This document shows, piece after piece, positions 10,109 to 19,121 of a stretch of 64,000 nucleotides of DNA. The stretch is from Candidatus Omnitrophota bacterium (GTDB lineage Bacteria > Omnitrophota > Gorgyraeia > B26-G9), in the NCBI GenBank assembly GCA_018817165.1, contig JAHITY010000124.1, positions 97,973-161,972 on the forward strand, in the 5' to 3' direction. The notes under the pieces are model-generated. The model searched no databases, was not told the DNA's origin, and saw only the letters and a program-made list of their open reading frames with translations. The translations under genes were made by a program, and so were the position numbers. The first letter of the stretch is position 1, and the number at the start of each line of letters is the position of its first letter.

Positions 10109-11353
10109 TTGAAGATAGCAATAATCGGCGCGGGAATAAGCGGTTTAGTAAATGCCTATAGATTTTCTACCAAGCATCAAGTTACGGTCTATGAACAAAC
10201 CAAGCAGATTGGAGGATTATGCTCAGGTTTTGAATCGGATGGTAAATATATTGATAAATATAATCATTTCTTTTCCAAGTTTGATAAAGAATTAATCGAA
10301 CTTCTTGCTGAGCTGGGGATAAGTAAAAAAGTTTCTTGGAAAAAATCAGGGCAATGTTTATTCATTAATGATCAGCTTCAGGACTTAAGTAATCCGTTTA
10401 ATCTGTTTTCAATCAAGAATCTTGGTTTGCTTGATAAAATTAAAACAGGAAAATTCTTGGTGGAAAATCTTTTTTCCAGAATGAATATGGAGTTAAATGA
10501 CAAAAATGCTGAAGAATGGATTATTGATCAATGTGGTATTGCCGCGTTTAATCTCTTATTTAAGCCATTACTTAATTTTAAAACTCAGCAAACAGAAGAT
10601 ATTAGCGCCATGTATTTAAAGGCGCGGCTTAAAGAAAGAAAAAATAATATAATTGGAATCCTTGATGGAGGGATGCATACGCTGTTGATTGCCTTAAGAG
10701 ACAGACTGCATAAAAATAAAACTCATATTTGGTTAAATTCAAAAGTTAAAAAAATAATGCGAGATGATAAAAATAAGTGGCAGGTTGTTTTAGATACCGG
10801 ATCTGAGGAGTATGATCTGGTTATTGCCTGTATCTCATTGGCTGATGCGTCAGCTTTATTTGGGGGTAATCCGGGGTTTCCTGTGCCAGAGTACCTTAGT
10901 GTCGGATCTTGGGTATTGGATTTAAATAAGCCGCTTAATCAAAAATGCTGGATTTGTTTGGTTGATGATCAACAGGGAAAAAGGCATGTGGTAGTTAATA
11001 CTCAGCCGCTGGACAAGGACAATCGGGCATATTTTACTTTTTATCTGCGCAATCAATCTCTAAATCAGCAAATTGAGCAGGAGATGTTTAATGCTTGCTG
11101 TGATGCCCTAAAAAAGATAAATCCAGAATTTAATCAGCAATGGATCACTCAAAAGACTTTTCACTCAGATGTCAATGTTGAGCCGGTATTTACCCAGAGA
11201 TTTGTCGCTAAACTTTATGGAGCTGTGGAATCATTTAATGGATTGTATCTTCCTGATTTAGTGTACATGCCGCAGCTTTTAAAAACGATTAATACATCAA
11301 TTGTAAAAAGTTTAATAATAAAACAGAGAATTAGAAAAGAATTTAAAATTTAA
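10109..11353 (+). CDS. FAD-dependent oxidoreductase (amine oxidase / protoporphyrinogen oxidase-like fold)
   Basis: N-terminal dinucleotide-binding IAIIGAGISGLVNAY ... YEQTKQIGG. Confidence 0.6.
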   Translation: MKIAIIGAGISGLVNAYRFSTKHQVTVYEQTKQIGGLCSGFESDGKYIDKYNHFFSKFDKELIELLAELGISKKVSWKKSGQCLFINDQLQDLSNPFNLFSIKNLGLLDKIKTGKFLVENLFSRMNMELNDKNAEEWIIDQCGIAAFNLLFKPLLNFKTQQTEDISAMYLKARLKERKNNIIGILDGGMHTLLIALRDRLHKNKTHIWLNSKVKKIMRDDKNKWQVVLDTGSEEYDLVIACISLADASALFGGNPGFPVPEYLSVGSWVLDLNKPLNQKCWICLVDDQQGKRHVVVNTQPLDKDNRAYFTFYLRNQSLNQQIEQEMFNACCDALKKINPEFNQQWITQKTFHSDVNVEPVFTQRFVAKLYGAVESFNGLYLPDLVYMPQLLKTINTSIVKSLIIKQRIRKEFKI

Positions 11354-11365
11354 TCAGGGAAAATT

Positions 11366-12292
11366 ATGTATGCCACAATACAGGTTGATTTAGATAGTTT
11401 ATGGACTTATGATCGATACCTGTACCAAAAAATAAATAATTATCCGGTTGATCCTGTATATTCGCAAAGTCTTCAATCTTTCCTCGATCTTTTTGCCAAA
11501 TATAAATTAAAAGCCACTTTTTTCATTATTGGCAAAGATGTTCAAAATCCCAAACAAAGCAAATATATTAAAATGATAATTGAACAGGGGCATGAAATTG
11601 CCAATCACAGCATGAATCATCTGTCTGATTTCGCTGCTCTAAGCTTGGAGCAAATAAGAGAGGAAATTATCTTAGCGCATAATCTAATAAAATCAGTGAT
11701 TAATAAGGATCCAGTTGGTTTCCGCGCTCCGATGTTTTCGATTAATCAACCGGTAATCCGAGTGCTTGAGGATCTGGGGTATAAGTATGATGCATCCCTG
11801 ATGCCTTCAGCGATTTTCCCCCTGATGATGAACACGGCACATTCTTTATTAAAGTTAAAACCAGTTAATCTTAAATGCGGAAATATCCGCTGGGGTGATG
11901 CGCCTCGCGGAATTTATCATCCGGATAAGCAAAATATGGCAAAACCCGGGGCAATGGAAATTAAAGAGGTACCGGTCAGCGTAAGTAATTTTGCGCGTTT
12001 TCCGATGCACAGCACATATGTTTTTGTTTTTGGGAAATTTTTATTTGATTCTGGTTTTAACTATGCTTTAAAAAATAAAATAACTTTGCATTATCTTTTT
12101 CATGGGATTGATCTATTGAATATTGAACAATATTCGCTCAAATTACCTGGCTTTAAGACTTTGACTAAAAGGCAGAAAATCTGTGAGCAGATAGTTAAAA
12201 AACTTGCTGAAAATTCGCAGGTTGTCACAACCGAGAATCTGATTGCAATTGGAAAGGAAACCCATGGTATACATCCTGCTTCCGGCATTTAA
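11366..12292 (+). CDS. polysaccharide deacetylase (NodB homology; ArnD-like)
   Basis: ATFFIIGKDV ... HEIANHSMNH match NodB motifs 1 and 2. Confidence 0.75.
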   Translation: MYATIQVDLDSLWTYDRYLYQKINNYPVDPVYSQSLQSFLDLFAKYKLKATFFIIGKDVQNPKQSKYIKMIIEQGHEIANHSMNHLSDFAALSLEQIREEIILAHNLIKSVINKDPVGFRAPMFSINQPVIRVLEDLGYKYDASLMPSAIFPLMMNTAHSLLKLKPVNLKCGNIRWGDAPRGIYHPDKQNMAKPGAMEIKEVPVSVSNFARFPMHSTYVFVFGKFLFDSGFNYALKNKITLHYLFHGIDLLNIEQYSLKLPGFKTLTKRQKICEQIVKKLAENSQVVTTENLIAIGKETHGIHPASGI

Positions 12293-12998
12293 TGAAGCGA
12301 AAAATCTAGAACAGATGTTTACGAATATATCTTTGGTATTAAAGCAGGCAAAACAGCAGTTTTGCATATTTGTAGTTAATGACGGCAGTACTGATAATAC
12401 CGCAAAAATTGTCTTAGAAAAAAACGCGGAATTTCCTTTAGAATTAATTTCTTTTGCCCAAAATCAAGGGGTAGGCCAAGTGTTTCGTCAGGGGATCAAA
12501 ACTATTTGTGCCAAAGCTCAGGCTGCTGACATATTGATATCAATGGATTGCGATCAGACGCATCCAGCTAATGTTTTACCTTTGATGATTGAAAATATAA
12601 GTTCCGGATACGAGCTTGTGATTGCCTCGAGATATCATAAGCAAAGCACTACAGTTAATCTTCCTTGGATCAGGCTGATCATGAGTGACGCGATAAACGG
12701 GTTTTTAAAAGCTTGTTTTGGAATAAAAGGGGCCAGAGATTATTCGACTTTTTTCCGGGCGTATAAAATAGGGTTACTGCAAAAAGCAGAGAAATTTTAT
12801 CAAACTGATTTTATTGAACAAAAGGGTTTTGCCTGTATGGCGGAAATTTTGATAAAACTGCGCAGATTTAATCCGCAAATAAAGGAAGTCCCGCTTAATC
12901 TGCGCTTTGATCTGCGTACGGGCAAAAGTAAGATGAAGGTGTTTAATACTATTTTGGGATATTTGAAGTTAATTGTAAAAGAAAAATTTAGGAAGTGA
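12264..12998 (+). CDS. family 2 glycosyltransferase, polyprenol-phosphate sugar synthase-like (DPM1/ArnC-like)
   Basis: ILLPAFNEAKNL ... VNDGSTDNT ... MDCDQTHP (DxD region). Confidence 0.75.
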   Translation: MVYILLPAFNEAKNLEQMFTNISLVLKQAKQQFCIFVVNDGSTDNTAKIVLEKNAEFPLELISFAQNQGVGQVFRQGIKTICAKAQAADILISMDCDQTHPANVLPLMIENISSGYELVIASRYHKQSTTVNLPWIRLIMSDAINGFLKACFGIKGARDYSTFFRAYKIGLLQKAEKFYQTDFIEQKGFACMAEILIKLRRFNPQIKEVPLNLRFDLRTGKSKMKVFNTILGYLKLIVKEKFRK

Positions 12999-13121
12999 AA
13001 AATATTTACAATGGCGGATTAATAGTCAATAGCTCATGCTAATGGCCAATAGTAAAAATCTCCTGATCCGGGCAGGTAAGTTGGAATATTGTATATCTAA
13101 AATACTTTTAAGGGTAAAAAA

Positions 13122-13634
13122 ATGCTGAAAAATTCAGAGGCAATTCCGCTTTCGATCTTTGTTGTTTATACGAGATTCATTGATTCTCCAATTATCGAAA
13201 ATTGGAAATATCCATTCCTTGTCAGCGGGCTTGCGGCGCTTATTGTCATTATTTCAGTTTTACGCAGAAAAATAATATTTGATCGTATTCTTTTAGGTGT
13301 TAATCTTTATTTAATTAGCGGGGCTTTGGCCTTTATCACGCACAAATGGTGGTTATACAATCTTTACTACCAACTTCAGGCCTCAGGAATGATTGTCTGG
13401 ATTATAGCTACAGGGATTGTAACTGTTTCTTTGAACTCAAAAGGTTTTATTGGTGTTGACTCATCGGATATAAATTCTATTAAAAAATATTCCGGCTATT
13501 TGCTATTGATTTGTGTATTTGCGTTTGCTTTTTCGTTCTGGCTGCGTACCAACATCTTACTTTCAGGATTCCTGCCATTTACTTGCTTATTTTTAGTCCA
13601 AAAATCATTTAAGGATACTTGTCTTAGGAAATAA
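13122..13634 (+). CDS. small integral membrane protein
   Basis: 170 aa with 4-5 hydrophobic helices; no recognisable motif. Confidence 0.4.
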   Translation: MLKNSEAIPLSIFVVYTRFIDSPIIENWKYPFLVSGLAALIVIISVLRRKIIFDRILLGVNLYLISGALAFITHKWWLYNLYYQLQASGMIVWIIATGIVTVSLNSKGFIGVDSSDINSIKKYSGYLLLICVFAFAFSFWLRTNILLSGFLPFTCLFLVQKSFKDTCLRK

Positions 13635-13656
13635 CCTTTTACGCCTTAGAGAATTA

Positions 13657-13691
13657 ATTGTTTTTTCCTTAAGAACGCGGTAATGCGTCTA
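13657..13691. repeat. 35-bp direct repeat (left copy) bounding an ORF-free insert
   Basis: ttaagaacgcggtaatgcgtctactcgataacacg; a split right copy lies at 14271-14392 (ttaagaacgacgcaatac ... taatgcgtt ... aactcgataacac). Confidence 0.45.
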
Positions 13692-14145
13692 CTCGATAAC
13701 ACGTAACCGTACTAGCGCACAAACTAGGTAAATCATATCGTAACTAATAATTCATAACTATACACTTCAAGATGATAGGCAATTTTTACATTATATACTC
13801 AGAGTACTCTTTTCTCTTCATTTCTTTGCTGCAGGTCAAAGAAACGAAGCAAAGAAACCCCGCCCCCAGATGAAACAGTGATGATTTTCTAATGATTTAG
13901 TAACTCCGACTTCACCCCGCATTTGCGGGGTTCGCCGCCAAATCGCTCCTCCTGGCTCAGTGGCGTTCCGCCGTCCTGGCTCCATCTCCGTTCCTAAACC
14001 AAAGAAAATAGATCACTTGGTTTCAAGGGGGGAATCTAAACCTAGCTATTAGATTAATTCATGTGAAAGATGATGGGAAAATTTTTAAGCTTCTCACAAA
14101 TTTAGGTAAATACGTGTCGGATTTTTGGGGACCCTTTAAATGAGA

Positions 14146-14262
14146 GCCTGACTTACGGAGTGTTAGCGAAGTCAAGTCAGCCTGCTCGCTTGTCCCGCCG
14201 TTCTCTGGCGGGGAATTTAGCACGAGAAGCAGCGATTAGCTGCTGATCGTGAATCCTTATTA
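14146..14262 (+). repeat. ~115-bp hairpin-rich dispersed element (X element), copy 1
   Basis: ~90% identical to the reverse complement of 28968-29086; internal hairpins cctgacttacgg/ggctgacttga and aagcagcgattagctgctt. Confidence 0.7.
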
Positions 14263-14270
14263 TTTAAGAA

Positions 14271-14392
14271 CGACGCAATACTAAAGAGTTGCAATCTTTT
14301 GTCAGCGTAAAATTTGCCTGCCATCTTTTAAAAGTAATGCGTTGGCGAGTTGATTGTTTTTTTTATGAACTCGTTAACTCGATAACACTCAA
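14271..14392. repeat. right copy of the 35-bp direct repeat, split by ~85 bp of extra sequence
   Basis: See 13657-13691. Confidence 0.4.
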
Positions 14393-14411
14393 ACGTGTCA
14401 ACCCTGTTAAA

Positions 14412-15827
14412 CTATTTTCTTTTTTCGAAAAGTAAATACTTGAGCATGTAGAATGAGAGTTTGCATAATTGGGGGAGTTGTTTAGGATTGAGCATTTTTT
14501 TGCAGAAAAAACCGATAAAATGCCAGCTGAATAAATAACGGGTATAGATCTGTTTTTGAAAGGTGACTAATTGTTGGGCAGTTAAATGTTTTGTGCCCCA
14601 GGGCGGGACAGAGTGCATGAAATTAAACTTATTCCAATCAATGTCTTTGATCAAACCATATTCCTGCATAATATTATAAATTTCTGTGCCGGGATAGGGA
14701 CAGATAATTCCCAGCTGAAATACATCAGGTTTGATTTCTTTGATTATCTGCTCAGTCAGGGCAATATCTTCAGCAGTTTCTTCAGGATGAGAGCCGAGAA
14801 TAAAAAAAGCGCAGGCAACTATTCCTGCCTTATGCGTTAGCTTGAAAGCTTGCTTGATTTGTTCTATAGTTATGTTTTTCTTCATTAGTTTTAGGATCTT
14901 AGGACTGCCGGATTCAACTCCGTAAGCAATTTTTAAACAACCACAATCCTTCATCAGAGAAATTAGCTGTTTATTGACCATGCTGACTTTAGTCTGACAA
15001 TCCCAAGTTAATTTCAACTCTTTTAATCCAAAACAAATTTGTTTGAATCGATCAGGATTTAAAGTTAGATTAGTGTCTTCAAAGGTAATATGATTATAGC
15101 CCATGTCTTTGCATTGCTTTAATTCAGCAATAACATTTTCTGCGCTGCGGAATCTTGCTTTTGGACCGCTGGTTTTTTTAACAGCGCAGAATGTGCAGTC
15201 CTGAGAACATCCTCGAGAAGTAAATAAAACAGTGGGTTTTTTGCCGGCAGTATCAATGCCGGCAGCATACATATTTTTATATAAATTATGATTCAGTAGG
15301 CTGCGGTCAGGAAAAGGCAGGCTGTCTAAATCTTCAATGTCCTCAGTGGGTTGATTTATCACTGCTTGTTCGTCCTTTATAAAAGCAATGCCGCTGATAC
15401 TGTCAATCGGTTGTTTGTCTCTAAGATTTTGGCAGAGTTTGAGCAAAGCGATTTCACCTTCGCGCAAAACCAGATAATCAAAACAAGGGAATTCCTCTAA
15501 GCTCTGCTTTGGCACTGCGGAAACATGCGCGCCACCGGCAATTGTAATTATATTATTATTGATTTTCTTTGTGGCTTTGGCAAGATCATGCGCATTATTA
15601 ATAGTAGGCGTCATGCTGGTAATGCCGATAATCGAGATATTGGCTTCCTTGATTTTTCGGGCTAAAATATCCGGTGAAAAATGTTCGACCTCAAAATCCC
15701 AAATAATTGTTTTGAATTTATTTGCATTTAAAAAAGCAGCTAAATAGGCGAGGTTTATCGGTTCCTGAATTAGGATTTTTTCAAAAGCTCCAGTTATTTT
15801 TGGCGGACGAATAAGGGCAATATTCAT
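14412..15827 (-). CDS. B12-binding domain radical SAM protein
   Basis: SRGCSQDCTFC rSAM cluster; N-terminal B12-binding-like fold; SD aaggaaag before the ATG. Confidence 0.8.
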   Translation of the reverse strand: MNIALIRPPKITGAFEKILIQEPINLAYLAAFLNANKFKTIIWDFEVEHFSPDILARKIKEANISIIGITSMTPTINNAHDLAKATKKINNNIITIAGGAHVSAVPKQSLEEFPCFDYLVLREGEIALLKLCQNLRDKQPIDSISGIAFIKDEQAVINQPTEDIEDLDSLPFPDRSLLNHNLYKNMYAAGIDTAGKKPTVLFTSRGCSQDCTFCAVKKTSGPKARFRSAENVIAELKQCKDMGYNHITFEDTNLTLNPDRFKQICFGLKELKLTWDCQTKVSMVNKQLISLMKDCGCLKIAYGVESGSPKILKLMKKNITIEQIKQAFKLTHKAGIVACAFFILGSHPEETAEDIALTEQIIKEIKPDVFQLGIICPYPGTEIYNIMQEYGLIKDIDWNKFNFMHSVPPWGTKHLTAQQLVTFQKQIYTRYLFSWHFIGFFCKKMLNPKQLPQLCKLSFYMLKYLLFEKRK

Positions 15828-15875
15828 GTCTTTCCTTAATTACCGATAGTAAATTTAGTCATTGTAACTAATTAA

Positions 15876-15911
15876 ATATTATGATAGACTCTAATATTAT
15901 GATAGGCTCTA
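15876..15911. promoter_or_regulatory. tandem 18-bp direct repeat (ATATTATGATAGACTCTA x2) in the divergent promoter region
   Basis: Two adjacent near-identical 18-mers between the divergently transcribed rSAM genes 14412-15827(-) and 16054-17553(+); candidate regulator binding site. Confidence 0.3.
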
Positions 15912-16053
15912 TAAGTATTTTGTACTTATGTTACTCTTAATATTTTCATAAGTCAACAGTGGGGTTAGAAAGCATGGAGGCTAACATTGATTTTATGCGG
16001 AACAATTGATAAAACAATCTAACTTTATAGAATAAATCTAACCAGGATAAATT

Positions 16054-17553
16054 TTGAAAATATTACTGTTAAATCCTATTGATATTCATATTGCTTGGCC
16101 CGTTAAAAATGACTTTGCTAAATATCTTTTTTGTAATCCAGGTATTACCTTTCCCCTCATAGCAAGATTAATTCCCAAACATCATACTGTTTTCTTTTTT
16201 GATGGGTTTTACCACCAAATCAGTCTCAAAGAGTACAAAGATTTGATAAAACAATATGATATTATTATGCTGACAATTGTCGATTCCTTAGTTGCCTTGA
16301 ACTATGAAATAAGCATTAAATTAATAAAAAAACTTTTTCCTGAAAAAGTTATCATTGCCGGAGGAATACATGCGAATATTTATGCAAAAGATTGGCTGGG
16401 AAAAGGAGTTGACATTATTGTCAAAGGCGAAGCGGAAAACAGTTTACCCCAACTTATAGAAGCTATTGAATATAAAGCTTCTTTGCAGGGAATTAATGGG
16501 TTGATATATTTGGAAAATGGCGGGATCAAAGAAACCGCAACGCAAAGTTTATTGGATGATCTCGACGCAAGTCCGATTCCTAATTGGGACATTATTGATT
16601 TTAAATTATATAATTTAATGCTAAGAAAAAAAGGATATACCGCGGCTTTAGAAACATCGCGCGGCTGTATTAATGGATGTAATTTTTGTTTGGTGAATTC
16701 ATTTTGGAAAAAAACCCAGAGGTATAAATCAATACCGCGTGTTTTGGAAGAATTAAAAATTTTAAAGCGTTATGATGTATCACAATTTGCGATGCTTGAT
16801 GATGGATTTGCTAATGATATTGATCGCGACAGCCGGCTTTTGGAAGCAATGTTAAGTAAGGGGCTTGATTTTGCTTGGGCGTCTTTCTTAAGAATCGATA
16901 CAATTATTGATCATCCGGAATTTGTTGAACTAGCGGCAAAAAGCGGTTTAAAACGGGTAGTTGTAGGTTTTGAACATACTAATGCCGCGGTTCTTAAACT
17001 GATCAATAAAGGATTAAAAGATGGTGGTTGTGATGAAGAGTATATCAAAGCAATGGATGTATTAAAGAAAAATAATATATTTACGGTTGGTCTTTTTATC
17101 GCGGGATATCCCGGTCTTAAAAAAGATGAAAAGCTTAAATACAGCAAAGCCAGAAGATATTGTACTGATGCGCGGGCCGGAAATTACAAAGCCCTGCCTA
17201 GTACTTTTGGCTATAATAATGTTTCGAAGAATTTTGACGTTGAAAATATGTTTTATCATGATGCTCGATTGACTTCTTCCGCTCAATCTTCCAAGGAACA
17301 TTTTATCTTTAATGTCTTGGCTACCTTAGACCCTGTAAAATATACTATTTTATTTGATCGCCGCTATCATTACAGAGAGTATTTTTATAAAAGCCTTTTG
17401 CTTCTTTTTAGACAGATGTTTGATCTTAATTTGTCTAAAATTAAGGAATTTATAGTCTTAAAAATCTTAAATTTGCCACTTAAGGATAAAAAACAGTATT
17501 TGGTCAAAAACTATTTATCAGAGGATTTTATTAATCGGTTAATTTTAAAATAA
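16054..17553 (+). CDS. B12-binding domain radical SAM protein (TTG start)
   Basis: TSRGCINGCNFC cluster; paralog of neighbouring genes. Confidence 0.75.
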   Translation: MKILLLNPIDIHIAWPVKNDFAKYLFCNPGITFPLIARLIPKHHTVFFFDGFYHQISLKEYKDLIKQYDIIMLTIVDSLVALNYEISIKLIKKLFPEKVIIAGGIHANIYAKDWLGKGVDIIVKGEAENSLPQLIEAIEYKASLQGINGLIYLENGGIKETATQSLLDDLDASPIPNWDIIDFKLYNLMLRKKGYTAALETSRGCINGCNFCLVNSFWKKTQRYKSIPRVLEELKILKRYDVSQFAMLDDGFANDIDRDSRLLEAMLSKGLDFAWASFLRIDTIIDHPEFVELAAKSGLKRVVVGFEHTNAAVLKLINKGLKDGGCDEEYIKAMDVLKKNNIFTVGLFIAGYPGLKKDEKLKYSKARRYCTDARAGNYKALPSTFGYNNVSKNFDVENMFYHDARLTSSAQSSKEHFIFNVLATLDPVKYTILFDRRYHYREYFYKSLLLLFRQMFDLNLSKIKEFIVLKILNLPLKDKKQYLVKNYLSEDFINRLILK

Positions 17554-17560
17554 ATTTATT

Positions 17561-18916
17561 ATGAGCAATAAACCAAATGTAATTTTGATCTATCCTAAAA
17601 TTGGAGGGCCATTTATCAATCTTCGCAAAAAAAGACCAATGCCGCTGGGATTATTAAATGCATCGGTTTATTTAGTTGATGATTATGAGGTTAAAATATT
17701 TGACCAATCATTACATTCTAACTGGAAACAAGCACTTAGAAATTTAATCAATTCAAATACCTTAATTGTCGGTATTCACGCCATGGCGGGATATCAGCTG
17801 CTACATGCTCAAGATGTGTCTAAATTTATAAAATCCATTTGTAGCACCCCAATAATCTGGGGAGGGGTGCATCCTACTTTAATCCCGGAAACAGTTCTTA
17901 AAGAACCTTTTATTGATTATGTTTGTGTCGGAGAAGGTGAGCGGACATTTCCCGAATTGGTAAAAGCAATCCAGCTTAAGCAGGATATCAGTTCGGTTAA
18001 AGGAATTTATTATCGAAATAACAGCAAGAATATCTTTACCGGGGATCGGGAGTTTGTTGATTTGAATCAACTTCCTGAATTGCCGTATCATTTACTTAAC
18101 CTTTCTGATTACAATGTCAGCGGGGGGGCGAGGTTTGATGAAAAGGAATTAAAACTATCTATGGAAACCTCCCGGGGTTGTGCTAATGATTGTATTTTTT
18201 GTTACAATCCCGTATTTAATAAGCGACATTGGCGAGCCCAAGATGCCGATAGAGTTATCGAACGTATCGAATTTTTAGTAAAAAATTATCATGTGACCCA
18301 TATTGATTTTATTGATGATGCCTTTTTTACTGATTTGGGTCGTGTGGAAAAAATCGCTAAATCATTGATTGCTAAAAAAATCAATATTAAGTGGTTTTTA
18401 CAAGGAGTGGATATTCAAAAACTTATGCAGGCCGATGATGCTTATTTGGATCTTTTAGATAAAGCCGGCTGCCGCGTTATGCGTATGGGGGCAGAATCAG
18501 GCTCCGCGAGACTCCTTGAGCAGATGCAGAAAAAAAGCACGATTGATCAAGTAATTAAGATCAATAAGCGATTGCGCGATACAAATATTGTTTGTTATTA
18601 CTATTTTACAATTGGCATGCCTCAAGAGACAGAAGCGGATCTAAAAAAGACTGTGGATCTAATGCTGACACTATTAGCGGATAATCCTCAAGCTAGAATA
18701 TTGTCGGCATTTTGTCTGACCCCTCAGCCAGGCACTAGATTGCTTGAAGAGGCTCAAAAGCAGGATTTTTCCTTGCCTAAAACCGTCAGTGATTGGGCAA
18801 AGATTGATGGAACAACGATTATTACGCCTTGGTTTGATAAAAAAATGAAAAAAAAAATTAAATTTCCTTTTTTTTATAAGCTTGTTTATAGATCGGAAAA
18901 ATCAGGATATAATTGA
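17561..18916 (+). CDS. B12-binding domain radical SAM protein
   Basis: TSRGCANDCIFC cluster. Confidence 0.8.
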   Translation: MSNKPNVILIYPKIGGPFINLRKKRPMPLGLLNASVYLVDDYEVKIFDQSLHSNWKQALRNLINSNTLIVGIHAMAGYQLLHAQDVSKFIKSICSTPIIWGGVHPTLIPETVLKEPFIDYVCVGEGERTFPELVKAIQLKQDISSVKGIYYRNNSKNIFTGDREFVDLNQLPELPYHLLNLSDYNVSGGARFDEKELKLSMETSRGCANDCIFCYNPVFNKRHWRAQDADRVIERIEFLVKNYHVTHIDFIDDAFFTDLGRVEKIAKSLIAKKINIKWFLQGVDIQKLMQADDAYLDLLDKAGCRVMRMGAESGSARLLEQMQKKSTIDQVIKINKRLRDTNIVCYYYFTIGMPQETEADLKKTVDLMLTLLADNPQARILSAFCLTPQPGTRLLEEAQKQDFSLPKTVSDWAKIDGTTIITPWFDKKMKKKIKFPFFYKLVYRSEKSGYN

Positions 18917-19121
18917 TTCAACTTTTATTCGGTTTTTATGTGCTGTTTATCGTCCGATTGCTTTATTTCGGATTAAGCGCCTTAATTTTAAGTTTCCTAT
19001 AGAATATGCGATGTTTAATTTGCTCAAAAAAATATATTAAGAACAAATTTTGTTATTAAACATTCTAGTTGATAGAATAAATCTTAACCTTAAAAATTAT
19101 AATAAAATCAAGGAAGAGTAT

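Noticed and set aside
13900-13990. GC-rich segment considered as SRP RNA / RNase P RNA / 6S RNA
   Set aside because: Could not match conserved SRP domain IV (GGAA...AGCAG) or RNase P P4 sequences by eye; left as an unexplained structured region pending covariance-model search
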